Positions 12,137 to 26,310 of a stretch of 64,000 nucleotides of DNA are shown in pieces. Position numbers and translations under genes: made by a program. Position 1 is the stretch's first letter, and each line of letters opens with the position of its first letter. The notes below the pieces were generated by a model. It was given only the letters and a program-made list of their open reading frames with translations. It searched no databases and had not been told where the DNA came from. This stretch comes from the human T2T-CHM13v2.0 reference genome, Homo sapiens. Location: assembly GCF_009914755.1 (NCBI RefSeq), contig NC_060928.1; one strand, 5' to 3'.

Positions 12137-13179
12137 ATGGGACTGGTTTTTGTAAAGGTGACTGACATAATTGTATTATGGAAGTATGATTGGAAAAAGC
12201 AAAACTAGAGATAGAGAAGTCACCTGGAAGTCCACTGAAAGATCCAGAAGAAAAAAGATGATGGCTAAAACTTAGGTAACTAGAGTTGGGAACACTTCCA
12301 ATGTTGAACTGCACACATACCATGGGTAAATTCTATGGTAGGTAATTACACATTAATAAAATGTCTAAAAAATAAAAGTAAAACACAATGTTCAGGTTAT
12401 GGCTTGAACGATTACATATATATGATTTTAATGTTCATGTGAGAATTCTATAAAGAAATCTATTCCTCCTTGCACTTTTGCTTATTTCCATGACATTGCA
12501 AATGGTTATCTTGCCAGTAAAAATCTTAGCTAGGCTCCTTAATTAATTACCAATGTTACATACAATATTCCCACCCAACTTACCTGCATTTAAGGATAAC
12601 CATTCCACACAAAATTGAATTGTCTCATGTTTTACTTTTATAGAAGTATCAGTTTGAGAGAATTATGTTGGTAGGAGGTATTTTATAGCATATGCAAACC
12701 ATTAACTGCTCTATTTATCCTAGGCTTTATTCTTCAGCCATGCTGCTAATGTGTGCTGAATTGTATCAGCCTCTCAGTTTCTTTCACTCAGTTGACTAAA
12801 TTTGTTTTAGTCACAACTTACATTGAATGCCTTAAGCACTTCAACAAAGCGTAACATTTAATTTATTTTAAAGATTTATTGAAAACATTATTTAATACAT
12901 CATTCCAGTATTACCTATTTGCAAAATAAAACTTATATATCAAGAAAAGTTATTTACCTGATAAATCAGTTTGCATTTGTATATGTATAATACAAATTAT
13001 GCATTTGACTAGATTTTCTTTGGCCACCAGGAAGTTTAGAGTGAAATTTGTGGCTCAGATCTTATAATTACATAGAAACTTATGATTTGCATGACTACAT
13101 CCTCACTTTCAACCTGGTCTTGAGCTGCCATTTTAGGTATTATTTACCTAATTCTGATTTTTGTTTACTTTTCTTCATG

Positions 13180-13715
13180 TTATTGGGTTATGTTAGAATT
13201 TTTGTGTTAGTTATTAAAAAACAAATATTGCTAGCATCAGTAGAAAAGGATAATTTATAATAAAAAACTCAGGTAAGTATGGAATCTTTTAATTTGTTAA
13301 GCTTATTTATTTATTTATTTATTTATTTGGTCTCTTATTCCTGCTCCTCTCTATGTATTTGCTGAATTTTGCCTAGCTGTGGCAGGAAGAATATGCCCCC
13401 CTCATAAAGCCAAAACATTCATGCTACAGGTCTTATCATGTGAAAAATGCATCATTTTGTCTACTTGTGTTGTTTGTCTTTCTCTCTTTCTCTCTCTCTC
13501 CCTTACCTACCCTTGCTTCACACTTACTTACTCACTTTTACTCTCTCTACCAATTCCTAGATTTCTAACAGAGACTTGACTTGGATCAGCTTGGGGAAAT
13601 TGCTCACCTCTGGTGCTAAATACAAAGGCCAGAAGTTTGTGGGTCAACCAGGAAGCTCAGTGGGCAGATGGGCATTTCAGAGCCAGGCAGACATGCCAGA
13701 TGATGTCTACCTCAG
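13180..13715 (-). mobile_element. Ancient MaLR LTR (MLT1K/L-like)
   Basis: Degenerate terminal motifs (agtagaaaaggataatttat ... gccaggcagac...gatgtctacctca). Confidence 0.5.
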
Positions 13716-13749
13716 CATTTAATAAGGTCCTTCAAACTCTTTGCAGAAA

Positions 13750-13930
13750 AGCTTATCATTATAAGGAGGCATTGGTCCCCTTACAACCTAGGAGGTATAT
13801 AACTTTTATCATTGCCATTTTGCAGATAAGGCATGAGGAGTTTGTGACTTGATATATACAGGAATTAAGTAGCAAAGCTGGAATTTTAACTGAGATGATC
13901 TTGTTCAAGTCTGAGATTTAGCCGCTATAC
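13750..13930 (-). mobile_element. MIR
   Basis: MIR core ccattttgcagataagg...agtagcaaagctggaattttaac. Confidence 0.65.
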
Positions 13931-15539
13931 GACACTTGTTTCTATGGAAGGGAAGAAGAATGAGGAAGTTCTACATAGTGCACTGCCCTCCTCATAATGC
14001 ATTATCTGGAAGAGTTGACAGTTACATTTAGATAATTAAATATCCAACACAGGGCTTTCATACATCCATTGTTTCAAAATTAAATTGTTAGTGCTGCAAT
14101 ACTTGTACTTTCCCAAGAAAATACATTTAATATATGAAATTATTTTAAGAGATATGGCCACATTTTTCTAAACTTTTATTTTTCGTAAGATGCAGTCAGA
14201 ATCAACATTGTTCCTCCCCCCATTTCCACCCCCCAAATTAATGTTTTACAAAAATAATCTAACACTTAATACATATTTGTATAATGTTTACATAACTGTT
14301 AGTAACTAAAAATAGAAGAAACACTCCAAACTGAGGTACAGAATTTAATTTTAATATAAAATTTTGACATGTTTGGTATCTCATGATAAGGTCACCATAA
14401 TAAATGAGAAGGAATTATACATTTTACCTTAGTTCCTTTTTACTTTGCATTTAAATAAATGATTCAAGAATCAATATTCATTCATAATTTCTGAGGGCCT
14501 ATTATGTGCCAGGTTCTAAACTAAGAGCAGAATAGTTACACATGCTATACATTTTGAAATAATAAAGAATCTTTCAAAATAGAGATTAAGATTCAATTTT
14601 TCAGATGAGGCAAAATTACGCAGAAAATTCAAGTTGCTTCTGAAAATCATAGACCAGAATCTGAGTTTCCTTCATCCTAACAAACATTTTATTCTACAGT
14701 GCTCCATGAAAATCTAAAAGCTGCCTTTCTAAAAGTCTTCTTGGTAATTAGAGCCTGATCAAAATTGTCATTATTATAAACTGTCTACCTCTCAAAAGAG
14801 CTATATATGTGTGAAGGCTGACCAACTGTTCACTACTTCACTTAGGACAGGCTGGGTCAAAACTATGATAATTGATAGATACAGGATGAGGCTGCATACC
14901 TAATGGAAATGTTAAGCACAAAGCAAATTCTGTCAACATAAATGATTGGTTCTTTAAATGGCAGCACAGTTTAAGGATGACATACTGAATCAATCCCTAA
15001 CTAATTGAAAAATTAATTAGTGCCTGTCACTTTAACTCTGAGTATTTTTAAGCTTGAGTGTGAATATAGTTAACCAGCTTCCTGCAAGAAGCCAGTTTGA
15101 AAATGCAGTGCAACTGTTGCCTAAATTTTTCACAAGAAAAGATATCATCCTTTGTGGTCTTACATACCTTAAGGCTTAAAAATCCATCAACCCACTAATA
15201 TCTATCAATGACACACTAGTAAATTGTGTCATTGTTATTATATCTCTTTTATTGTATGTCTTGTAAATTTAGCTATTGCTGCTGGCCTCATTAGGGTCTA
15301 TTAGATTTATTAATCCTAGAAAGATAATAAAATGTGTTTAAATGTGTTTATGTTTACTATTTTCCCTAAAGCTAAATGTTGAGTATTTTAATATATTGAA
15401 TATGCTAAAGGATCAAAAATAATAATAATGACTTCTTTAAAAGACACAATTTATACATCTATTACTTATTATTATAGCTCCTTTAGTCATCATGGAAGTG
15501 AAGTCCAAGAGTCATTCTATCAGAGATAAGGACTCAACA

Positions 15540-15740
15540 TCTACTGAGTACCTACTAGTATCCATGCTGTATATTGACGTTCTGTGCTTATCCTTCAATA
15601 CGGCCTTATGAAGTGGATATTATTATCTCCATCCAGCAGATAACAAATAGATAATCTAAGAGGCAAAGCTTTTTATTAAAGGCCCCATAGCCAATGGGGT
15701 ATTAAGTATATGCAAGTCTGTGTTCTTTCTATACACTAGA
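15540..15740 (-). mobile_element. MIR
   Basis: tactgagtacctacta...ccttatgaagtggatattattatctccat core. Confidence 0.6.
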
Positions 15741-16189
15741 CTCTATCCCATTTGTAGATGAAATATGAGAACAGACAATTCAGAAATATGGAAACATAAT
15801 TAGTAAATAAACAGAAAATAAAATGCTTATTCGTGGGAATGGAATAAATGTAAATCTAAACAATCATAATATATCATGTGTATTTGTAAAAGAAATATTG
15901 ACTTAAAATGTTAATACGCAAAGCTGATGAAAATATGATAACACATGCCCAATCCTACTCTGCTTGAGCAACGGTAACATATTACAGTATTTTAGAAAAG
16001 TGTTTGGAATTATGTACCACTAGTCAAAACATGTTTATTCATCTTAATTCTATGATCTATTTCTGAAAATTTAGGCTGAGAAAATAATACAAAATAGGAA
16101 ATCTGTCTTTATATAAAGATATTAATCATCACATATGGAAATGGTCATGTAGATTATTATACATCCATTGGATAGAATATTATGCAAAA

Positions 16190-16603
16190 TAATATGGTTT
16201 GGCTCTGTGTCTCCACCCAAATATCACCCTGAATTGTAATACAAATTGTAAGGCCAATCGTAATTTGCATTTGTAATCTGAATTGTTATTGTTGAGGGAT
16301 GGACCTGGTGGGAGGTGATTGGATCCTGGGAGTGGTTTTCCTCATGCTGTTCTTGTGATAGTGAGTGAATTCTCACAAGATCTGATGGTTTTATAAATGG
16401 CAGTTTTTTCTGCTCTCTCTCTCTCTCTCTCCTGCTGCCATATAAGATGTGCCTTGCTTTCCCTTCACCTTCTATCAGAATTGTAAGTTTCCTGAGCCCC
16501 CGCCCCAGACATGTAGAGCTGTGAGTCAATTAAGACTCTTCCCTTTACAAATCACCCAGTCTCTGGTTGTATCTTTATAACAGTGTGAGAATGGACTAAT
16601 ACA
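16190..16603 (+). repeat. 5' LTR of THE1D-like element
   Basis: taatatggtttggctctgtgtctccacccaaat ... gagaatggactaataca. Confidence 0.9.
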
Positions 16604-18096
16604 GAGAATTGGTACTGGGAGTTGGGGCACTGATGTAAAAATAACCTGAAAATGTGGAAGCAACTTTAAAACTGGGTAATGGGCAGAGGTTGGAACTGTT
16701 TGGAGGGTTCAGAAGACAATAGGAAGATGTGGGAAAGTTTGGAACTCCCTAGAGGCATGTTGAATGGTTTTGACCAAAATGCTGATAGTGATATAGACAA
16801 TGAAGTTCTGGCTGAAGTTGTCTCAGATGGAAATAATAAATTTATTGAGAACCGGAGTAAAGGTCATTCTTGCTATGCTTTAGCAAAAAGGTCAGTGACA
16901 TTTTGCCCTTTCTCTAGATATCTATGGAACTTTCAACTTGAGAGAGATGGTCTGAAATTGGAACTTATGTTTCAAAGGGAAGCAGGTCATAAAAGTTTGG
17001 AAATTTTGCAGCCTGACCATGTGATAGAAAAGAAAAACCCATTTTCTGGGGAGAAATTCAAGCCAGGTGCAGAAATTTGCATAAGTAATGAGGATCCAAA
17101 TGTTAATCACCAGGACAATTGGGAAAATAGCTCCAAGGCATGTCAGAGACCTTAATGGCAGCCCCTCCCATCAGAGGCCCAGAGTCCTAGGAGGGAAAAT
17201 GGTTTTGTGGGCCAGGCCCAGGGGCATGTCGCTCTGTGCAGCCTCAGGACTTGATTCCCTTATCTTAGCTACTCTAGCTCCAGCCATGGCTAAAAGGGGC
17301 TAACATACAGCTCAGGCCATTGCTTCAGAGGGTGCAAGACACAGACTTTGGTGGCTTGCAGGTGTTGGGCCTATAGCTACACAGAAGAGAAAAGTTGAGC
17401 TTTAGGAACCTCCACCTAGATTTCAGAGGATGTATGGAAATGCCTGGATGTCCAGGCAGAAGTTTGCTGCAGGGACGGATCCTTCATGGAGAACCTCTGG
17501 TGGGGCAGGGCAGAAGGGAAATATGGGGTTAGAGCCCTCACACAAAGTCCCCACTGGGGCACTGCCTGGTGGAGCTGTGAGAAGAGGGCCACCATCCTCC
17601 AAACCACAAAATGGTAGATCCACTGACAGCTTGCACCATACATTTGGAAAAACCTCAGGCACTCAATGCCAGCCCATAAAGGCAGCTGTGGGGGTTGTAC
17701 CATGCAAAGCCACAGGGGTGGAGCTGCCCAAAACCATGAGAGCCCACCCCTTGCATCAGTGTGCCATGGGTGTTACAGGTGGAGTCAAAAAAATTTTGGA
17801 GCTTTAAGATTTACTGACTGCCAGCTGGATTTGGACTGGGTTTGGACTTCCATGAGGCCTGAAGCACCTTTGTTTTGGCCAATTTCTCCCACTGTGTCCC
17901 CATTGTATCTTGGATGTAACTAACTTGTTTTTGATTTTATAGACTCATAGGCAGAAGAGATTTGTCTCAGATGAGACTTTGGATTTGGACTTTTGAGTTA
18001 ATGCTAGAATTAGTTAATACTTTGGAGAACTATTGGGAGGGCATGATTGTGTTTTGAAATGTGAGTACCGAGATTTGGGAGGAGTCAGGAGCAGAA

Positions 18097-18468
18097 TGAT
18101 ATGGTTTGATGGTGTCCCCACCCAAACCTCATCTTGAATTGTAATTGGAATTGTAATCTCCAGGTGTCAAGGTAGGGACCTGGTGGGAGGTGATTGGATC
18201 ATGGGTGGTTTTCCTCATGCTGTTCTTGTGACAGTGAGTGAATTCTCACAAGATCTGATGGTTTTATAAATGAGTTTCCCCTCTTCTCTCTCCCTTTCCT
18301 GCTGCCATGTAAGGGGTGCCTTGCTTCCCCTTTGCCTTCTGCCATGATTGTAAGTTTCCTAAGGCCTCCACAGCCATGCAAAACTGTGAATCAATTAAAC
18401 CTCTTTCCTGTAAAAATCATTTAGTCTCTGGTAGTATCTTCATAGCAATGTGAGAACGGACTAATATA
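18097..18468 (+). repeat. 3' LTR of THE1D-like element
   Basis: Polypurine tract gggaggagtcaggagcagaa, then tgatatggttt ... gagaacggactaatata. Confidence 0.9.
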
Positions 18469-19204
18469 CAGGTCTTACAATTATTACAAAAGGTATCTTA
18501 TTATTATCTTTAAAATATTATAAAGTAAAAACATCTAGATAAAATATTATATAAGAATTGTTATCAAAATTGTATAAATATAGATAAAGGAAAAAAGATT
18601 GTATGGAAGCAACCAAAATTTCAACCAGGGTTGATGTTACCATGAATTGTATGTTTCCTGTATATACTATACACTTTATTAAAAAAAAATGCTAAAAGAA
18701 AGAATACCAGAAGTCTGTAACTAAGCCTGCAAATCAAAGTGTAGAATAATATTAGGGTGCAGTCAATTCCTAAAAACAATAAGACAGTATCAATTATTTT
18801 GGAGAATGTATATATTTGACATCAGCAGCAATGGTTTTCTTATGATGATAAAGCTTGACAAGATCAATCTAGAAGGAATATTTCCATCAATTAGTGGGTT
18901 TTGTTCACCAGCAATTGTCTACCAAATGAGATCATGTATAGAAAAGGGCTTGATTAGCTCTGGCATGTACATATTATATTATTTTTGCTATTATCAAGAA
19001 AAGAATATATGGACAATATATACCTTTTGGGATCCAGATCTACTCAAGCTTGTTATCAGGGTGCTGTTCTATAAACTAGATTTTTTTTTTCTTATTATAC
19101 TCAGTGAACACATGTCCTTCTGTATGCTTGTGTCATATTTTTTCTCCTCTATACATTATTCTTGAAATAATCACACTGAGGGAGGACATGGAAACTCACT
19201 TTTG

Positions 19205-19243
19205 TATTAGGTTGGTGCAAAAGTAATTGCAGTTTTTGCCATT
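19205..19243 (+). mobile_element. Half MADE1 (single Hsmar1 TIR arm)
   Basis: ta-ttaggttggtgcaaaagtaattgcagtttttgccatt matches one arm of MADE1. Confidence 0.88.
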
Positions 19244-19382
19244 GTATTAATTTTGCGAATAGTAAGAATCAGCAAGAATCTGTAAAAGATTTAGAGTGAA
19301 ATACTAAGTATTAATTACTTACTATTATAAAATCTAATAGTCACAGGATATTCATACAGAAATAAGTTCAAAATGCAATCAT

Positions 19383-19687
<305 letters not shown>

Positions 19688-21012
19688 TTAAATATTGTAT
19701 TAAAGTGCAGTTTTTATATAACAATTATTTTGTCAATTTAAAAAGTGTTTAAATCATTTTCTGCTTCAAAATATTTAATGTAGTTTTAAATTACTACACC
19801 AAGTATTTCCCATATCAATACTGTTCATTGATATATCATCTACATATTTCATAATGGATATCAGGTAAAATATTAAGCATCTTTAATCAACTAAATTTAA
19901 GACTTCAAATGTTTTCATTGAGATTCATTAAACTGACAAAATTTAATAAACAGAATGCAATAAATATTACTTTCCAATATAATATAAATGGGAGGAGCTT
20001 TTGCATAACATTTACTGTTTATCTCATAATGACTTCCACTTTTCTTGCTTGTTTTTCAATCAGATTTATTCTGCTTTCTCAGGTGAGTTAATTTGCCCCT
20101 TCAAATTCACAGACCATGTCTACTATCTCCAGACTTCCCACCATCTTTCCCCACCTTTGTTCCTTTTGTCTAAAGGGATAATAGGCTTCTTGGAAAAACA
20201 TTTTTTAGGTGACATGGGTTTTACATGAAATTGCTGGGGAACTAGGGAAAGGTGGCATATGTGGGCATATGTTGGTTTTGAAATGATTTCAAGACTGTAA
20301 AGCAGAAGGAAATCTAGCACTTTCAGAAATAGCAAAGGAGAGAGATTTCTGTAGATATCTGTAACTGTTCATATAATTTTGAATTTTCTATTTTTCACAC
20401 TTTACAGGGATCTCAAATTTGTACATGATTGTCTTTTTGTGGCATTTGTTGCAGCCCAAAGAAGTGCTCATTGTTATCTCAGTACATAACATCCTTGATA
20501 ATTCTTTAGAGATGCATCACTCAGTAGGAATCAGTTACCATTGGACACTAATAAGCACATAGCAGTCTGAAACAGAGGAACGTTAACACAACAGCTTAGG
20601 AAATGTAAGGCAGCCTGATTCATAATATATCTGATTCAAGCTATTGATGCATAATGGGCACAAAAATAAAATCTATGCCCTTTACTATTAAGAACAGAAG
20701 CCTGGCAAACCCCTTCCAAATAGCCACTCTATGTAGAATGTACACATGCTGTTGCTTTTTCTCACATGCATATGAAGAGTGAGAAGTTTAAAAGACTAGA
20801 GGGAAAAAAAGCAATACCTCAAAATTATGTATGTGACAATATGTCCTTTGGTAAATCTACTTGTGAAAGATAAAAGAGATGTTTTAGAAAAACAAAGCCC
20901 ATGCCTGGCTAAACAAAGCAATGATCCTGAAAGATCATTGCCTCATTTCCCTTTGTGTTTCTACTGTGCTAATGCATGTCAAGCATTTAGAAGAGTTTCT
21001 AGCACATAGAAA

Positions 21013-21151
21013 CTTCTTTTTTTTTTTTTTTCGGAGAGACAAGGTCTCACTATGTTGCCCAGGCTTGTCTCAAACTCCTGGGTTCAAGTAATCCTTCTTC
21101 CTCAGTCTCCCAAAGTGCTGAGATTACAAGTGTAAGCCATCACACCCAGCC
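21013..21151 (-). mobile_element. FLAM (free left Alu monomer)
   Basis: Antisense left monomer with T-tail, inserted in a MIR/L2-like tail. Confidence 0.9.
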
Positions 21152-21274
21152 CAGAAATATTTAATAAATATTTGCTACTACTACGGTGGCTGTGGCTACT
21201 GTTGCTGATGCTATGGCTAGTACTACTATTGACTACAAAATTGTAATCTCTAGTGCAAAGTAACAAAATAATCC

Positions 21275-21500
21275 ACCTTTGAAATCAGGAAATCAAAACA
21301 AGACTTCGATCTATATCATTTACTAGTTGTGTGGCCTTGGGAAATTAAAATAACTTTTGGAACCTCCCTTCCAAAAGTTATTTTGGAACGTCCTCCTCCC
21401 TGTCTTGTCCTTCAAATAAAGGTATTAATAATAATAATTCATGGAATTGTTATTAGAATGTCATGAAATTAAGTGTGATATATAAATACAATCAGTTATT
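21275..21500 (+). mobile_element. MIR
   Basis: catttactagttgtgtggccttgggaaatta...aacctc core. Confidence 0.6.
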
Positions 21501-22022
21501 AACATTCTACATATTACGTTGCAGATTTAAAATTAAATGGTTCTTTCTGTCTTTTATTGGGGCTAATTTTGATGTGACAATTTCTAAATTATTACCACAT
21601 GAGTATAAGTCACAGGATACAATATAGTCTTTCTAGCATCACACTGTATGAACTTGAAAATAAATTCCATCTGTTCTCCTCCAGCCCCCTCTCCTTCACA
21701 AACAGCAATGTACTTACTCATTTGTGCTACCTGGCTGCTTGGTTACCAAAATAAATGTATTAGCAACATCAGATTTGGTTAAAATACTTCCCTTCTCAGG
21801 GAATGTATAAATGAATTTGCATAAAAATAGAACTGGCATACAACAGTTTCACAACAATAGATACTCTTCTATCCACTTATCATAAACTCTGGAGGTCTTT
21901 GCCTTGCATTCAGCAATTCCAGCAGTTAATCCCTTAGGCAAAATGCATTTGCTGCACATCTATTATATACTCAAACATAGTTTTAGCAACAGTATGAATA
22001 TGAAATTAAAATGTTCCTGCCT

Positions 22023-22349
<327 letters not shown>

Positions 22350-22369
22350 TTAAAGCAAGGTATATTTTC

Positions 22370-22370
<1 letters not shown>

Positions 22371-22406
<36 letters not shown>
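22371..22406. repeat. (CAA)12 microsatellite
   Basis: Perfect trinucleotide run followed by an A-run. Confidence 0.95.
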
Positions 22407-22871
22407 AAAAAAATTAAAATGAATTTTGTTAATTTCATAGAGCACAGAAGGCAAAGCCAATTATATGAATTGATGGAGGAATAAATCATCAGTAAATTGA
22501 TGAAGCAGAATAAATCTGAAGTATTCTGAAAGTTTTGAAAATATTCACAAAGATCTAAATCTAAATTTAAAGCCTGAATCACTACTTTGAAAAGTCTGTC
22601 TTCTTTCTCCTCTTTTCTTTTTCTCTTTGACCACTTTACTTCAAAAACATTACCACCAGGCAACTGCTCAAATTGGATAAATTGCTATAGAGACATTTGA
22701 TATGTGGCCCCAAAATGCTGTTTCCTACTTCATTTGATGATGCTTAGCATTTGGTTTTCAGTTGAGATTCCTTCTAAGTTCATACCTTCAGCATCAAAAC
22801 TAATACTTTTATTCCAGCAAGTAGACAGATAAATATGTTCACCTAAGTATAGCTGGCTCTATATAAATAGA

Positions 22872-23128
<257 letters not shown>

Positions 23129-24069
23129 TAAACACCCTCTTAGTATTAATAGTTATCTTTCTTTGTGATTTCTCCTCTTTGAGGATTTCTTGCTTTGCTT
23201 TTTGGTGCCCCAGAAGACTCCCTTGGGATTTTCTCTCAGTAAATAATTATGTCAAAATTCTCTGACTGTGAGATTATTTATTCATTGGAGATTATTTACG
23301 CTCTCATGGCCAAACAGAGTATGGCTAGAATGCAGGGAGGTCTTATTTCCTTACTGTTCTTTCCACGCCATTGTGATTTTTCCTTCTCTCAGTAAGCCTT
23401 TATCTTTTGAGATGCCTGCCATCTTAGGCTACCTTTTCCACAATTCTTTACATTATCTACCAATTTTTAGATCATAACTCCACATTTAGCATTTTTCTCA
23501 ACTAACTCACACCCTTTCTTTCATTACAACTCAGCTAATTTCAAGATCTAAGTGAATTTTAACAACTACTTATAGGTGAATGATGCTAAATCCATATTCT
23601 AGCATCCTTCTTTCTCTTAAACTCAGGAATAATTCCTCCTCTTGGATCTATTCATTCCGAACCATTCTGGAACTCTGAACTGTAGATTTTCTTGCCTTCT
23701 TCTTGTATCTGAGTTTAAAAAATATCTGTGTGTGTTTTTCCCCTGTAGCATGTAAACATTGTCAATTATCTGATATTTTCCCCAGAAAAGTTTTTAATCA
23801 ATTTCCCTTCATAATTTGCTGCTTCCTTCTGTCCTCTTTACTAGCAACTTCTTTAAGAAAGAAGTTTCTACGTCTACTTCTTCACCACATTGCAATTTGT
23901 CTCCTAATAGTAAACTGTACTGAAATTTCTGGAATGAAAGTCAGCAGTGGCTTCTTATTGGTCAAATTCACACCTATCTTATGTTCTTATCTGTTTCTAC
24001 ATCTGGTTCATCACTGCCTCCTCTTCCTTTCAATTCTTATGTATCAATTTTACCCAGGAGGGGTCGAAC

Positions 24070-24535
24070 ACCATTAGTTACTAAACAGTCATTTCCTGTC
24101 TCCTTACCCTCACTGCAAATCCCATTGCCTATAACAAAGGCTGAAAATGAATGTCATTCTCTTTCCTGAAGCTCCCTTAAGATTTTTGTGGCTTATGGTG
24201 AGTTCCTTCCAATGAGGCAAAGAAAAATCTTCTACCAAGTCTTCTCAAAAACACTTACTCCACAAATAGAAAGGGAGATGAAAGATTAAAACTCATATCC
24301 ATTCTATTGTTCCTTGCTATATGTGGACTGCTTGTACAAGTAAATGATGCTTGCAGCTTTGGGAACCATTTTTTGACAATAAGGTCATAGGTTAAAAAAA
24401 AAGGTGAAAAGACCCTTAGTCCTTGATGACAGTGAGAGTGACCAAATCAACCCTGCAATTGCTGACCTGCTGATTTCTTGTTCTAAAAGAATAAATACAT
24501 TTTTTGGTAACTCACTTTTAATTTTTTGTTACCAG
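24070..24535 (+). mobile_element. Ancient MaLR LTR (MLT1K/L/M-like)
   Basis: cttagtccttgatgaca...aaatcaaccctg...ttcttgtt...aataaat...ttttttgttac motifs. Confidence 0.5.
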
Positions 24536-24559
24536 TCCTCTTCTCAATTCATCTCACCT

Positions 24560-25080
24560 TTAATCCCATTTAATCTTTTGGCTCCAACTATAATACACTG
24601 CATGTGACACAGAAAGCACGCAGTGACCTGGCACACAGTTGTCTTATCTTCAAGATACCTTTCTATTTTCTTCTGGATAAAATACAAGCTCTTTCGCATG
24701 GCAGAAAGGTTCTGTCTCAAGTTGACCCTGTATTTTGACCACATAAACTTTGTGTGTCTTTGTCTATGCTGATAGCCTTGGGTTGTTCTTCCTGCCCCTT
24801 CCTGTTTAGCTTTGTGAAGTCTTGTTACAAGTCAAGTGCCAGCTACTCTGATAACCCTTGCTTTCTGCTGGAGGCACTTAAACACTCCCTCCTCCATGTT
24901 TGTGGCATCTGTTCATACCTTTATTATAGCATTTATCAACTTATATGGCAATGATTTGTTTACCTGTCTCTCTTTACACTGTGTGTGCCATGAGAAGAAG
25001 AACTGTTTCTTATCTAAGTGCGCCCAGATCCCAGCTCACTGTCTGGCACAGAGTGGAAACCCAATTAATTATTCTGTTAT
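24560..25080 (+). mobile_element. L2 3' region
   Basis: attatagcatttatcaac...ggcaatgatttgtttacctgtctct...ctggcacagagt tail. Confidence 0.6.
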
Positions 25081-26310
25081 GAGTAATGACTCTTGCTCAT
25101 TAGTTCCTCAGGAGCAAAAGTCAGATAATAGCCTGATTTTTATTTCCTTTTAAATTCTGAAAAGATGACAGTCCTAAAAAGCATATATTGTGAGATAACA
25201 ACAAGAACATTGGCTGAAATTGTGCCACATATGTATTAGAAAACATTAAACATAGCCAATGTTTCAATACATCATGTTAATTAATTACAACAGCCATATT
25301 TTTACAATGTCAGTAAGGGATATTGCTCATACTTTACTATCTCATTGCAAATATGTAAGCAAGGCAAACATCTATCAGAGGATAATTTCAATTATATCAT
25401 TAACTTTCTATGTTAATATAGTTTTTCCTCTGGGAATCTCTCAAATAGAATCCCTAACTTTTCTCTGGCAAAACCAGAGCCACCCCTCTCCTTGTGGCAT
25501 TATTTTGCTTCACAACTCCTGCAATATGCCACTGGAGGAGGACGTGGTCATCATTTCTTTCTTCCCTGGCCAGTCAAAAGGTATACCCATCATATGCCCC
25601 CATGTTTTCCTGCAGATGCCTCCTCTGATTTAGAGGGAAGATGGCAGGGTAGAAAGAGGGATGCTCACTTAGCTCTAGTACCATGTTTTGTGGGTAAAGC
25701 AAGACTTTGAGTCATGCTTTAACGTTCAAATGAAAGAGTCTTCTCATGATTATCTGGATCCCTAACAAAGCTTAACAATTTTCATGCACTTCCATCACTG
25801 AACCCCTGTTTTTGAAGTGAGTTTTTGTACTTTCCCACAAAGTCAGGTCATTTCTCATGAAGCCAATTAGTCATCTTTCTCGACTTCATTGTGTAAAGTA
25901 CAAATGATATTGGCTCCCATAATTGTCACTTAACAGCTTTATTCCTTTGAGGAATGTGAAAAGTGATTTCCAAGCTTTGACTAACCTATGCCTGCACTAC
26001 TCACAAGAGCAGTAAGAGAGGTTTATCTCCTATTTTCTATGTAAGATGAAAACAAATTGAATATCTGATGATAGACCACACTGAAATTTCACTGCAAAGC
26101 ACAGAGCTAGAACCAGGCACCACAACTATCAGCTCAAGATAGTTTGGACAGAAAAAAACAAGCCAAACCAAACCAACCAAACAAACAAACCAAAAACCAC
26201 TCTAGGTAAACATAAATACCTCCACAAACAAAATTTTCAGAATGTTGCAACAAAGCCTGAAATATAAACAATGAATAAATGCTTGTTGAATGGATGCATA
26301 AATGAATGGG

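Larger units (their letters stand above)
16190..18468 (+). mobile_element. Complete MaLR provirus (THE1D-like): LTR, ~1.5-kb internal region, LTR
   Basis: Two direct LTRs (t(g/a)atatggttt...ggactaata(c/t)a) flank an internal region whose ORF 16679..17155 (MGRGWNCLEGSEDNRKMWESLELPR...) is the typical MaLR-internal remnant. Confidence 0.93.

Noticed and set aside
13265-13280. Perfect plus-strand donor CAG|GTAAGT
   Set aside because: Lies in an old MLT1-like LTR with no convincing acceptor; isolated 9-mers are expected in 64 kb.
16679-17923. 158-aa and 125-aa ORFs
   Set aside because: Decayed MaLR/THE1 internal sequence, fragmented by frameshifts.
23703-25710. Several 100-124-aa hydrophobic ORFs
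   Set aside because: Low-complexity F/L/S/I translations of T-rich strand over L2/MLT relics; no domain or splice-phase support.
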